A DNA stretch of 64,000 nucleotides from Lama glama (taxonomy: Eukaryota), in assembly GCA_028534125.1 (NCBI GenBank), contig CM052816.1, positions 63,924,001-63,988,000 of the forward strand. The letters are read 5' to 3'. Below the pieces are notes generated by a model, which worked only from the letters and a program-made list of their open reading frames with translations, was not told the DNA's origin and searched no databases. This document shows, one piece after another, positions 11,719 to 24,570 of the stretch. The first letter of the stretch is position 1, and the number at the start of each line of letters is the position of its first letter. The position numbers and the translations under genes were made by a program.

Positions 11719-12250
11719 TGTTCTGATTAGCTATGGCTATGTAATCAGCCACCCCAAAGCTTAGTGGCTTAAAACAATTTATTAATTTGTCTGACAGTTC
11801 TGTAGGTTAACGAAGCTCAGTGGGTGGTAATCACTTAAGCTTCACCCGACTGCGGTCAGATGGTAGCTGGGGCTGGAGTTGTCTGCCGGCTCAAATGAGC
11901 TGAAAGTCCGAGACGGCGCATTCACAAGGCTGGCAGGTGATGCTGGCTGGAGCTCAGCGGGGACTGCCCACTGGGGCACCTGTGTGTGTCCTCTCCCCAT
12001 GGTTAGGGCTTCTGTGTGGCAGGTGAGTTCTAAGGGGAAGTGTCCCAAGAGGGAGTGTTTCAAGAGCCCCAGGAGGAAGATGCAAAGTGTCTTATACACA
12101 AGCTTCAGAAGTCACACAGTGTCACTTCTGCCATATTTCATTGGTCAAATGCGAGTCACAGAACCTGCCAGATGCAAGAAAATGGGAGTACCTAAAGCAT
12201 GAATACGAGGATGATTCATTGAGGGCGCCACTTTGCAAACTTCACCACCA
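11719..12250 (-). mobile_element. MaLR solo LTR (MLT1H-like)
   Basis: ccaccccaaagcttagtggcttaaaacaa and cagaagtcacacagtgtcacttctgccatatttcattggtc are MLT1 hallmarks in reverse. Confidence 0.9.
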
Positions 12251-13218
12251 GAGGCAGCACTGGTGAGGCTGGTCCTTTTTTCACAGCTCCTTTCACGTGT
12301 GGGCTTTTTTTTTTTTTTTTTTTTAAAGAACAACTCATCTCCTCTCCCTTCAGCTTTCCCCAAGGTAAGATATTAATGAGATCGCATTTGAACTCCCTGA
12401 CAAAGTAATGCCTCCTTATACAGCACACTATTATCATCAGCCGGCCTGATTGCTCCCACCTGGAGTCCCCAGAAGACAGGATGAGGGACGATATTGCATA
12501 TATCTCAACAACAAACAAAACTTCATTAAATCCATTGAAATAACACAGACATTCAGATTTAGTACAGATCAAATCCTATTACCAACAAATTACATTGAAT
12601 TGCCTTCCCAAATCTGTAGAACCAGATGTTTTCCAAGCCCTACTTCCTCTAGGCAAATACCCAATGTAAGCAACATGAAGGGCTACCAAAGAATTAGAAC
12701 ATCCCCTGAGATTTGCTAGTATGGGATTTGACCCATTTTCTTTTAGTCACAGGTTCAGGCATCTTTTAAAATCAGAAAGAATAAACTTGAAGGATTCATG
12801 AGTGAGATGGCCGAGAAATGGGTCTCATTTAAATTGTAGAAAATGCATCTTTATGCTGCTATCAGGCACCCCTTCCTGGCCCTGGGGAATTCGCACTAGA
12901 TTCTCTGGTCAGCATCAGGGGAGCCTGCAGTGTGAGGGCATGTCTGGCAGCTGAGCACCCCACTCCAAATCCAGAGTCTTCCCTAGGAAAGAAGGTAAAC
13001 TCAAAATAAAGGTGAGGCCCTCAGACCAAGCAGACTTCTAGGGTAGCAGCAGAGATGCTGGCATTGCACAGCGTCTAGACATCTCCCCGCGTTAAGCCTC
13101 TGCTTCTACTTCTGAATACACACATTTCTTAATATGTTCCTGCTTATTTCTGCTTAAAGGCCCCAGAGGTTGCGTTAGGGTTAGGGCAGGTGTTCCGCCA
13201 CCCAGGAACACGCCTGCT

Positions 13219-13233
13219 CCTGCAGATGGCAGC
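13219..13233 (+). promoter_or_regulatory. Candidate CTCF binding site
   Basis: CCTGCAGATGGCAGC fits the CTCF core CCWSYAGRKGGCRS; motif only, no binding evidence. Confidence 0.45.
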
Positions 13234-15332
13234 CCCCCTCCTAATGCAAACATTCCTGAGAGCCCTGCAGGCCTGCTCCCCCACCCCCACCCCTAGCCTT
13301 CTCCTAACAACTCTCAGTTCTCATTTCAGGCAATGTCTTTCCTTCCCCCGTAAAGGTCGCAACATCCCAGGCATCCAGTGCCAGCCCACAGAGACCCCAA
13401 CCTTCCTGCCTTCCCCTTGGCCAGTGTACACACAGGCAGAGGGAGGGGCGGTGAGCACACGGTGGTCAGGAACTGAGTGGAGAGCCATCAGCCTTGTCAC
13501 ATGGTTTCCAGAAACATGACCTATCTAAAATTGGAGGCCCTCTGTGTTCTTGGCCAGGCACCATTTGTTCAAGACATCATCATGTCTTCCTCCCTCCCAA
13601 ATTCATCCACTCTTGCCCCTCTGCCTTTATTCCACTAAAGAATGCCATCCCCTGTTCTCCAGTCCATTGCCGAACTAACCTCGCTCAAGCTACAGGCAGC
13701 CCCTTGCCGACTCCGTCTTGGATGACAGAGCCCACGTGCGCTGCATTGCTGATGTCTGGCTTTCTTCTGATTTTGTCTTTCATGCAACACGCGTAGGCTG
13801 GGAATCTGCTGAAGTGCTGGAGATTCTGCTAAGTTCTGGGATCCAGAAGTGAACAATACCACACAGGAGCAGCCAGTGCCAGGGACAGTCCTTACCCAAA
13901 CTGGGCACAGGCTTTCCTGTGGGTTCCTCTTGCCCATCCCAGTAGATGAATCAGCACTTGAAGAACAAAAGTCAGGCCTTCTGTTTCCATTTATACCCCT
14001 CTCTCCATACCAGCCAGCACAAGACTGCCCACACTCAGTATTAATGGCCAGAGGGCTGACGGTCCCAGACCACGCCCTCAGGCCAGAGGTTCCCCCTACT
14101 TCTATGAGGACCCCAAGTGCTGGGGTTTAGTTGAGAAGCCCCGAAGGAGGCACCTGGGAGGAGTGTCCTTATGTTACACAGGGAGAGTTCACCCAGTTTG
14201 GAAGTCTGTGGCCAGAATTTGTTTCTAGTAACCATGTATGCTTTCTTAAAGGATGAACTTTATTTTTACAAGTTGGAGAGATTCAAGATTGTCCGTATGT
14301 AACGGCCCTCTTTCTTGCATGCACTGGAGTACTCTTTCTTGAATGGCATAGTGTCAGCAACCCTGAGTGTGGTGGCAGCCTTCAGCGTGTCCTGTGAGGC
14401 CTGAGCCAACAGGAAAGTGGCCATCAGTGATGTACCATTAACCTTGGACAGCAATGCGTCATTGCAGAGGTTAACTTTTCCCAAATTCCTCATTTATTTT
14501 AAACATAAATCTGTGTATTTCCTTGGGAGCCTGAGAGTGTCAACACTTCATTTATAAGCGTTTGGGAAGGAAAGGATTGAGAATCATGCCTTGAAGATGA
14601 CCTATGCTCAAGGCCTCCACACAACCACTGAGAATAGTCCAGGGCCTCACTGAAAGCATTCACATTCCTTCTGTGAAGAGGTGGAAGCCTGACAGGTCTC
14701 CACGTCACTTGCCTAAGGAACCTTGTGCCTCTCCGCAACGTGAGGGAGACCAGCACGCTTGCCTCAGGGTGTGGTGGGAAGCTTGCCTTTTTAAACCGCC
14801 ATTTTATTGATCATGATGTATGCCAGTAAATTGCCTCTTCTGCTTTATGTATTTTAATTACTTGCCTTCTTCTTTCTCTCTGTTTTTGAGTCTCTGGGTG
14901 ATTGGATCACCAAGGATGCAATTTCAAATAATTCTCATAAAGAAGTAAGTCTGTTATGATGTTGGCAAGTTGACCCCTTTATTAGGGCAGGTCCAAAATG
15001 AAAATCAGTCTTCAGAGATGCTGCTGGTGGAAGCAGAGTTCTTGTCTTTGCCAGGCTTCAGGACTGTGAGGGGGAACTGCTCCAGGAGTCACACATTGAG
15101 CAAAGTAAGGCAGGCTGTGGACCTGCGGGCTGCGGTGTGTCAGTGTGTGTGTGCTCGCACACATGTGTGCACACACCCCGGCACGCCTTTCCCAGAGGCA
15201 GGAATAACGAAGCTGCATGCCTTTATCCGGACAACAGGGCACATTCCAGGATGGGAAGCATTATTCAAAACAAAGATCTGCTCTCCGTGTTCAGAAGCAG
15301 CTGCTGTATTTTCAGGAAACGTTCTTCCCTCC

Positions 15333-15382
15333 CCACTAACTTTTCCGGGCCTGTTCGCCACTAACTTTTCCGGGCCTGTTCC
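15333..15382 (+). repeat. Tandem duplication, 2 x 25 bp
   Basis: ccactaacttttccgggcctgttcg followed by ccactaacttttccgggcctgttcc (24/25 identical). Confidence 0.95.
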
Positions 15383-15789
15383 CCGCAGGCTGTAGGGGAG
15401 GTCGCATCTTTGCTATCACATACAGCAGGGACCAGAGGAGGAGAGCAGGGATGTGGTCCCCATTGAAAGGGCCTTGAACTGACTTCCCTCCCATTGCTGC
15501 CCACGGGCCACCTCTCCGGGGCTGTCTTACATATGGGGCAACAAGAAGTCAGGTGGTATAGACAGGACGTGTGCGAAACAGCGTGTCTCTCAAAGGCAGG
15601 GTCGGGTAAGAGAAAACTAAGCTCACATCAGACCTCAGAACCAGAAGACACATTCCTTTTAAATTCCTACTTCATTCTGTGAGAAATTTTTAAAAAATAG
15701 ACCGATTCTGAAAAACTCTTTATATAATACATGTTACATAATTAAAATTAACAAACATATATTTTAATTTATTTAAAATAATTTTTATA

Positions 15790-15955
15790 CATTGTGTCTG
15801 TCACTTTATAAGGCATATAATTTTATTTTCACTTAACAGATGAGGAAACTGAGACTCAGAGGAGCTTAGTCACATCCCTAAAGACACACAGCAGCGGTTA
15901 GGGCAAAGCCAGGATTTGAATCTCCCTCTTGTGACTTAAAGATCAGTTCTTCCCA
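15790..15955 (-). mobile_element. MIR SINE
   Basis: acagatgaggaaactgagactcagagg...gccaggatttgaa (core plus reversed B-box region). Confidence 0.9.
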
Positions 15956-16314
15956 AAACATTTTTTCCCTCTTAATTCTTTTCTCATTCTAAGCCTATTT
16001 CTCTCATTTTATTTCATCAGGAACCCATACATCATTCTAATGTTATAAAACCACCTTTTCCCCCTTTAGATGCCACTTCAGAGACGATACTCTTGGGTGG
16101 CTTTTGGGAAATCATCTCATCACAAAATGGCTGCAATACACGTGTCCAAACACAAGAGTCCTCGGTCTTGGTATTTTAATTGCTTGGGCTGTAACAGCAG
16201 TTGAAGGGACCCTGCCATGTCAGGACTCTGTCCTGGGCCATGAATGCTCCAGGCTTCTGTCCCACCGACCCAGCTTCTCAGGCTTAGGCCTTCCTCTGGG
16301 ATTTTAGTGGGCAT

Positions 16315-16480
16315 ATATAGCTATCATTAGGTATTTACTACGTGCCAGTCTCTCTGCTTGATGCTCTACACATATATCTTTCATCTTCACAAGAACTCTG
16401 TAAGATATGGATGATAAGGATGATGATCATTCCCAGTTCACAGGTTAGGAAACTGAGGTTCAAAGAATTTAAGCCATTGT
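16315..16480 (-). mobile_element. MIR SINE
   Basis: tactacgtgccag...tcttcacaagaactctgtaag...ggaaactgaggttcaaaga. Confidence 0.85.
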
Positions 16481-16699
16481 CTATGTAGAGGTGCAATTTA
16501 TTTTGCTTCTAGAGCTCACACTTTTTAAAATACTCTTCCTTTGTATCTTGGTATTAATTGCTTGGTCTGAGAGAGAAAAAAGACTCTTGATACTTTAATG
16601 GCTAAAACTATAGGAAGCATCAGTATCAGCATGCTTTGGGTCACCCTTGAAACCACAGGATGAAGCCTGAAGCCCGAGGCTCACAAATGGCCTAAAGGA

Positions 16700-16865
16700 T
16701 ATGAGAATCAGGAGCCCCAGACTCTAACTCCAGTGCTTTAGCTAAGCACGAACCACCTGTGTAACCTTGGGCAAGTTGCTTTGCCTCTCTGGACCTCCAT
16801 TTCCTCACCTGTATAATTAAGAGTTTAGAGGAGGGGCTCTCTGAAGTCGCGTCCTGTTCTAAGAC
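16700..16865 (+). mobile_element. MIR3/MIRc SINE
   Basis: ctgtgtaaccttgggcaagttgctttgcctctctggacctccatttcctcacctgta core with an L3-type tail. Confidence 0.85.
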
Positions 16866-19800
16866 TGCCACTGCACACCTACTGGGACGTGTTCTTTTTC
16901 ACAACAATTCTGCCACCCGGAATCTTATGAAGCAATAAGACTCAATTCCCCATAACCACAACATTCAGCATTCCCACTTCCCCAAAGCATATGGCGCCAT
17001 GGATGCCTGCCAGGAAGCACTGTGAACGGAAGAGAGGAATGAATGAACATCAGCAGCCTACATGTTGGGTTTGTCCTTCTTGTTGTCCTTTTGTTTTGTT
17101 GAGCATCTGCAGTGGGTAGGGGGCACGGTCCTGTTTATCACGCCTTTCAAGGGTGTGGTCTCCATCTTGGCAGAGTTAATCACTTCGGGTCCTCTCCTTT
17201 AGCTCGCTGTCCCATCAGCAATACTGTCGTGCCCCAGCCTTCTTGCTGGCATTTTCTATTTCCTGACGTCTCTCCATATTTGATAAACTAATAAAAAAAA
17301 TTTCTGTCACTAGACCTCAAACAGAGGAAAAACTCAATGTGTCATGTTGGCCCATGAGGGGAGGGTTGGATGAAGACCTATTTCTATGTGCAAGAGAAGT
17401 GTCAAGTGAAGCGAGGAGGGAAGGACAGGAAGACTTTCGATTTTAATATTAATCAGCTTCTCTGTTCTTTCTCAGTCCCTTCAACTCCATCCTAATTTTA
17501 CCTTTTACTGTGAAGACTCAAGACCCTGATGGAGAAGGGACAGGGGAGGGCATGGGAACACAAGACGGCAAGGAATAGAGTAAATTAAAGATATTTCATG
17601 AGCTAGCATTTTTGGCACAGAATCCTGATCGTCAAGACAAAAGTCAGACTTTCATTTTGAAAAACCAGGGTTTGTCTTTTGTTTTGTTTTGCTATTTGTT
17701 TGGTTTTTGTCCTTTGTAAGATTGTGGACTTTTTTTTTTCTGAATGTTTCTGATTTTCTTCTGTTGACCACAAAAGCCCTGTGCCTCACCAAGGCTGCTC
17801 ACGGAAGAGCTCTGTGGCCAGGCTGTGGGTACCCGGGCCTGGGGGAAGCCCAGCACAGCTCTCATCCACCAGTGGCAGGGGTGCAGGGATGCGGCATTCT
17901 CCCCAGTACCCCCATCAGTCCTGCCCCAGGGAGGGAAGGGGCTGGGGGAGGAGGGCGGGCCTCTGCAGGGTTTGCCAAAGTTTCACAAGCACTTAACAGT
18001 AGGAGCGTTTCCAACAGAAATTCCCTTCCCAGGGCTCCACTGGGCAGCAGGACGATGAGGAGGGGAGTAATGTGGTGAATAGGAAGTTGATCTGTGATGA
18101 CAAACTGGAGAGGCGTGAAAAGGTTTTTATTAATGATGAAGTTGCAGACAGTCCTGCCAGCTCCAAAGCGGGGTCATCACACGCTGGAACTGCTGTCGGG
18201 GCGGGCCTGGTGGGGAGGGGCGCACGTCTGGCTCGGCCACAGAAGACTCCCGTGCTACCAGTTGTTTTGTTGGAGGCGGGTGGTGAGCTAATGTGAATCC
18301 ACACAACAACAAGCTGCTTATGACGGTAGGGGAGGGGCGCAGGGGCCGCATTTTCATACCTGAAGTAGTGAATGGCCATGAAAGTATGCACTGGCCCCAA
18401 AGCCAACCAAGAAAGCAGTGTAAGATGTAAGATCCTGCGGTTGCATGGCCATGATCCCCCAAAACACTGAAGTTAAAAAAATCCAGTCAATTGATTACTT
18501 TGTCTTGATGGGTTAAATATTGCTCTGCTTTCTTTTTAGTTCCCTCACTGATGTTGAATCACTGAATTAATGAATCTGGTCTCTGTTCCCTTTTGGTCTG
18601 ACATGGATGCAAATGTTGGGAGCAGAATCCTAGGAAGTGTATCTGTCTTAGACAATTGTTTGTATTTGAGCAGGTGAGGACTATGGGAACAGAAAAGTAA
18701 AAAACAGGTGAGAAGAAGGGGATCAAGGTAAGAATTGTCGAAGGGTGGTGGCACAAGAGACCAGGACAAATTGAGATTGTAGCCAAGAGAACTTTTGAGA
18801 AGAATGACTTCTAAAAAACTATTTATACCACAGTCCCAGATAGCCAACAAAAATATTTTGAAGTTCTTGTAACTTACATAGAATACCTAATGAATGCACA
18901 CTTTTATTGTTATGACATACCATTTTAAGCTGAAATGGTTTTACGGAATTTCAGTAGGATGTTCGCTTTGAGTGGGTGGGTCAGAGGGACATGACAGCAA
19001 ATTACCTGAGGTCTGAGAAAGACCCCTGGGAAAGGCACTTGACGTTAGGATTAATCATGCTGTAAAATCTCAAGTTCATTTACATATATTTCTGAGAACA
19101 TTGAACCACATTCTTTCCCTCGGAAGCTCTTCTTGTTCAGTTTACTGACACCAGACTCTCTAAGGCTATTGTGATGGTACTTGAAGCCTATTCTGATTGG
19201 CTAGAACAGCCTTTGAAATTTCCTCATACCTACTTTTCTCAGAATGTGTACAATGAGGAAAATTCATTTCCTTCCTGTCGAGAAAAGTTAATGATCATTT
19301 TCTGTTATATTTAAATTTTACCCATTGTTATGATTTCAGTTTAATGTTCCTGCAGGAATCACCATGTGCTGCAGAGTTTAACTATGCCAAGGCCGAGGCA
19401 CCCGTGTGATCTCAAAGTTTCTCTTAAAAAATGAGTTGTTGTGGATGAGTTATGACAAAGGAAAATCACATCATTTCAAGTGAATTAATAATTATATTTT
19501 TAAACTTACTTTTAGCACAAAAGCCCAAATTTTTAACAATGTTGTCTCCAGAATATAATTATAAATGCCATATCGAGTCTCTGAACCAGAAATCAGAGCT
19601 TTCTTTTAAGCTATAATAAATGTTTTAAGTATTGGGACAGTATTGCTCTTTTGGGAGAGATGAAAAGTATAATTACAGGCTACTACTGTATTGTATTTCC
19701 TCAAGTAATTTAGTTATTGTTGTTCTTTTCTAAATTTCCAGCCCTCCTTGGGGGCTCATCATTCGTGTGCACAGAAGACAGAGACAGGTTGGGAAGCGGA

Positions 19801-20062
19801 CGAATGGAGAAGCCAGAGCGGCCTCAGAGGTTCCCCACCTGCATGAGTTAGGAGCTGTTTCTCCTCACATTGTGGCAAGCCTCAGATCACCAGGACTGGA
19901 ATTTTAGCAACGTGGAAGACTGTTGTGGGAGCAATGAAAGGAAGGGAAGAAAGAAGGTGGGATCTTAAAGCAGAGTGAGAAGCTAGCTAGGAGAAGGGGG
20001 AACAGCCGAGAATTCACTCCAGCAGGTCAATCCAGCACCGGTTCCTCCCCACTCTGTTAGTT

Positions 20063-20445
20063 TGTGTTAGTTCGCCAGGGCTGCCGTAGCAAACTGCCAC
20101 AGACGTGCGGCTTGACCAAAACAACATTTTCCCTTGACGGCTCTGGAGTCTGGAAGTCCAAAATCAGAACTGGTTTTCTCTGAGGCATTTCCCCTTGTCC
20201 TGCAGACCAACGGCCGCCCTCTTGCTGCCTCCTCATACGTCTTTCCTCTGTGCATGCCCACTCTGGTGTCTCTCCTTCATATAAGGACACCAGTGACATA
20301 AGATTAGGGCCCCCCTCTTATGGCCCCAGATTAACTGAATCACCCCTCATCTCCAAGAAACTCACATGGATGAGGGTTTATCTGTATGACTTTGTTTTAT
20401 CTTAATTATCTCTTTAAAGATTGTATCTCCAAATTCATTAAATCT
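20063..20445 (-). mobile_element. MaLR solo LTR (MLT1A-like)
   Basis: tgttagttcgccagggctgccgtagcaaactgccacagac...ctggaagtccaaaatcag...tataaggacaccagt...gattagggccc. Confidence 0.9.
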
Positions 20446-23400
20446 CACATCTCCTTTTATATATCATGTCTTACACAAAATACACTAGTAACAGGCGTCT
20501 TTAGAGAGCCCAGTTGCTTTATGGGTTTTAGCTACTCACCTCCCCCACCTTGAAGAGAATAAGATAAAGTTGATTCAAAACCAATTCCACCACCTGTTAA
20601 AGTCCAACATGTGCTATGATTCCTGGGGCCACCCAGTCCCGAAAGTGCTTATGGGCTCCTCCCACTGATGCTCACAATCATGGGTGCTGCCTGTACTTCA
20701 TCCATCTCAACTGGCCCTGCACCTCAGCTCCTGCAGGGGTCTTCCCCCACCTCCACTCACACACAGCATTTTGTGAGCTTCGTTGCTTTATTTAAGAACT
20801 GGGGGCTGGGGCCAGGGCCACAGAGAGGGGCTCTCCACACAAAGGGTGCAACCTTACCTCCTGCCGGTCTCTCTCTCACTCCCACCCTCCCACTTCCCCT
20901 CACTTTCTTTTCTTTTTCTCTCCTCTCCCTCTTACAATGATGACAAATTCCTCTCCTTACCTCATGCAGAGACACTTAATAATAACTTTTCTAGCTAGAA
21001 TATACTCTTGGGTCTCACCCCCCACCCAAGTGGCTTGCTAAAGTACTTCATCACGCAAATATATTCCGGTCCCTCTTAAAGAAGAATTCCGGTGAATACA
21101 ATTTTCTCTACCTTGTTTTAAGTACAGAGGTCAGCTTCTCTTTTTGATCCAGCTCCCATGTTCATCCTACACATCCATAGCAGTGTGCTGGGGGCATCTC
21201 CCTGCATTCCTGCCTCGAAGGGAACAGGACACTGGGAATGCTACTTGCCTGGTATGGCCACAGCTGCTCAGAAAACAGCAACAGGGATGTGCAAAGTGAC
21301 GCCACCCACACTAGAAGCCTTTTTTATTTCACTGAAACACAATACTCCCCAGTGCAAAAGCTCAGCAGTTTTCCCGTATGCAACTCTCATCACCCACCGG
21401 GCAAACCTATGGCTGCAGGCACTGTTTAAACCTGCCTCTTCCAGACTTCCACATTTTCTCCACTCACAATCAGTATTCCCATGGCCAAGGAATTCTCACT
21501 TGCCACAGAAAAAAAAATTCTCTGAATGTTTTATGTTTCACCCAATTCAGATCACAAAGGATAAATGGGAACACTCTCTTTGATGGTCATGGTTCTTAAT
21601 GTTTTCTTTCCTTCATGTCCCTTTTGTCACTTTCCTGAATCCGCAATCCTCTCCAACTTGCATGCTCTCCCTAGGACTTGAATACTAGACGGAATCCCAT
21701 CATTTGACAAAAACCCTCCAAACGAGAGTGAGGATGTTGACTCTGAGTGTGAGGGCACTCGAGCTATGCAGTATTTTCAACTCACCCGAGCTGCCTGCAG
21801 TGCAGAAAGACACCTCATGGAACGGAAGTGTGCACGCAGTGATTCCTTCAAGATGTCACCATTCTCATCAGAAGCCACAGGGTCGTGAGGTCCTGATACT
21901 CCAGTCCTTGAAATAAAAGAATCATGATATCTTAGTTTTTTTCCCTTCTGAGCCACTAAGCCAGCCATTTGTGTTAGTTCTTAGAACCTCTTGTCAAGAA
22001 AATGCGTTTCCTTTCCTCCACAACCAAGCATTCCCCTGGGTCTATTTGCAAAAGGATATTCTAATGGGTACAATATTTGAATACCACTGCATTTCCATTA
22101 TACCTGCCTCATTATCTTGTAGGAATCTATCTTCCCTTTGTTTGGAAATGTGCTTATTGTGGAGCCTGGTAAATCTCAGGCTGAAAGCAGGAGATTTATG
22201 AGCTGTCCTCCAGTTCCTGTCTACTCTCTCCTAAGGCCACAACCTCAAAAGATCAGTCACTGAAACGTGTTTTGGCGTCAACTCGGAAATTCTGCTTTTT
22301 AAGAACATATCCTAATGAAACCTGGGAAATAGCATGCGAAGGTTTCACTCCTGCCATACCCCAGAAGGTCACATGCTCTAACTCAGCTTAAGGGGACACT
22401 AATCATATTCAGCATGTGAGTAGAGAGGCTTAGAGTTGGAGATGACACCATCATTTGCATAGGATGTAAAAATGAAGGACCATTAATTTTATAGCATTAA
22501 TTGAAGAGCAGAAGTGTTAGACCTCTATAATTATCCTCAGTGAATACATTTCAAAGACATCTTCACAAATGAGGCTTGTGTGTGTGACTGTGGAGGGTAC
22601 AGATACGAAGAGCAAAGGCAAGGCTCCACATTGTCCCCTTTAAGATGCACAGATTAGCGAATCATAAAGTTAAAAGCTTAACTTAAATCTGAATTGCTTC
22701 CTCTGTGTGGAAACAAGAAGTGTGTGGATTCTAGGCTCCTGGGAGGATATTCTGCCCAGAGGAGGGGTGTCCAGAGCTGCATGCTACATTTCAGAACCAC
22801 TGAGAGAGAGCAGGGGAGGAAGCCCCGCCACCCCGGGACATAGGCAATGTCCCTGTCTGGCCTGCTAACACCCTGTGCTCCCATCTACGCCCCCACCCCC
22901 AGGACCTGGCACTCCCTCCTACTCCTGATTTTATCCTCTCTCTGTCCATTCTAAATTTACCAGCCCTATCCATTAATCCCACAGGTCAACCTTTCAGCAA
23001 GACGCTGTGGACCCACATGGGTAAATCACACTCAACAATCACTCTGCAATGTTAGCCACCTTACTGGTTTGCAACCCAGGTCAGCACGGAAAATAGCATT
23101 TCTAAGAACTTAAGCAGAAGATCATAAAGAACCATTTGAACGACTCATTAGTCTTAGTGCCCAAAATCAAAGTAGAATAAGGAGTGTGGATTTTTTTCGG
23201 CAGGGAGTAGAATGGGCGTGAAGCAACTAGAGTGAAAGTTGAGCTCTGGGATCACAAGCAACATGATGCCAAGGTCAATAGCAGCGGCCACAGTCATGAT
23301 GGCCCACGTTTGTTTCTGTCTGTATGAGGGGATGGAGGAGGCCTGGGCAAAGAGTAGGTGCAGCCCAAGGTTTAAGAGCTTTGGGAGTTCTGGTAATTAT

Positions 23401-23828
23401 CCTGACGTGCAAGACTCATCACTTGAAAAAATATGAGCTGCTTTTGAACCTTAGAGTCACAGAATCTCCCTGGTGTGTAATTTAGGGTTCCTGGGGAGAA
23501 AGGCTGGGAGCCACTGGTGTAAATAAAGTAAGGCATTAGCTAATGAGGTAACATGATGCATACACTCAGTCTAAATGCCCGTCTCCAGGGGATCTGTGGA
23601 AGTGACGATGCTGGTGGGAATTTCAGGTACTGTTGTGCACAGGTAGACAAGAAACCTGGGGCCTAGAGGCCTCGGAAGATACGTTTTGCTTGGGAACACT
23701 GTCTAACCTGTGATAAGCTTCTCTAGGTATGAGGGGCTCACTCGGGATGGTGAGGGCTTCCACTAAATTCCTATATGCCTCACAGCTCAACGTGCTCTTC
23801 ATTTCATGCTTCATTTCTTAGTTTGGTA

Positions 23829-23979
23829 CCATAGTGTCCCTCGGTATCTGTGGGGGATTGGCTCTAGGACCCTCCATGGATCCCAAAATCCATAGGTGCT
23901 CAAGTCTTTAAATAAAATAGAGTATTACAATCTGCCCTCTGAATCTGAATATAGAACACACAGATATGAAGGGCTACTG
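23829..23979 (+). mobile_element. MER2 (TcMar-Tigger) internally deleted MITE
   Basis: gtccctcggtatctgtgggggattgg...caaaatccataggtgctcaagtc start; gatatgaagggctactg end followed by TA. Confidence 0.85.
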
Positions 23980-23989
23980 TATACCCTTT

Positions 23990-24282
23990 TCCTTTTACTA
24001 ATTTCTTGAGGTAGAGTTTATATCCAATAATCTTTACATATTTGAAATGTACACTTTGATGTGTTTGGAAAGATATATATTTGTGAAGTCAAGATACCAA
24101 ATATTTCTATTACTTCCAAAAGTTTCCTTGTGTCTCTTGGCAATCTCTCCCTCCCTCTACCTGGTCCCCAGAAACCAATGATTATTTTCTGTCACTGGAG
24201 GTGAGTGTGCATTTTCTAGAATTTTATATAAATGGAATCATTCAGTATGTGCTCTTTTTTGTTAGGCTTCTTACATTCAGCT
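23990..24282 (-). mobile_element. Old L1 3' end (L1MB/L1ME-like)
   Basis: aaatgtacactttgatg...ccaaaagtttccttgtg...ttctagaattttatataaatggaatcattcagtatgt. Confidence 0.85.
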
Positions 24283-24570
24283 GTGCTGTATTCCTCAGCA
24301 CTCCATTAGAGGTATTCCCTTCCCACACCAGAAATAGCCTCACGCACCAAGATGATCGTAATAAGACAAGATGCATGTGTTGCAGACTAGGTAAGCACTG
24401 AGTTTTGTATATAATCTTATGAGATGCTCAAGGAGCTGTATAGCCACCTATCTTACTGGTAAATTAGGAGTATGATGTTCTCTTTGGAACATGCACTAAT
24501 TTTTGTAGTTTTTTCTTGTTCTGTGATTGAGAGTCCAAGGACTTAAGGAAGCTTCAAAACAGTCTATGCA

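Noticed and set aside
12245..12262. CCACCAGAGGCAGC CTCF-like motif
   Set aside because: One base short in the GG-GC core relative to the consensus.
13175..13186. (TTAGGG)2 telomere-like repeat
   Set aside because: Two units are too few to call an interstitial telomeric sequence.
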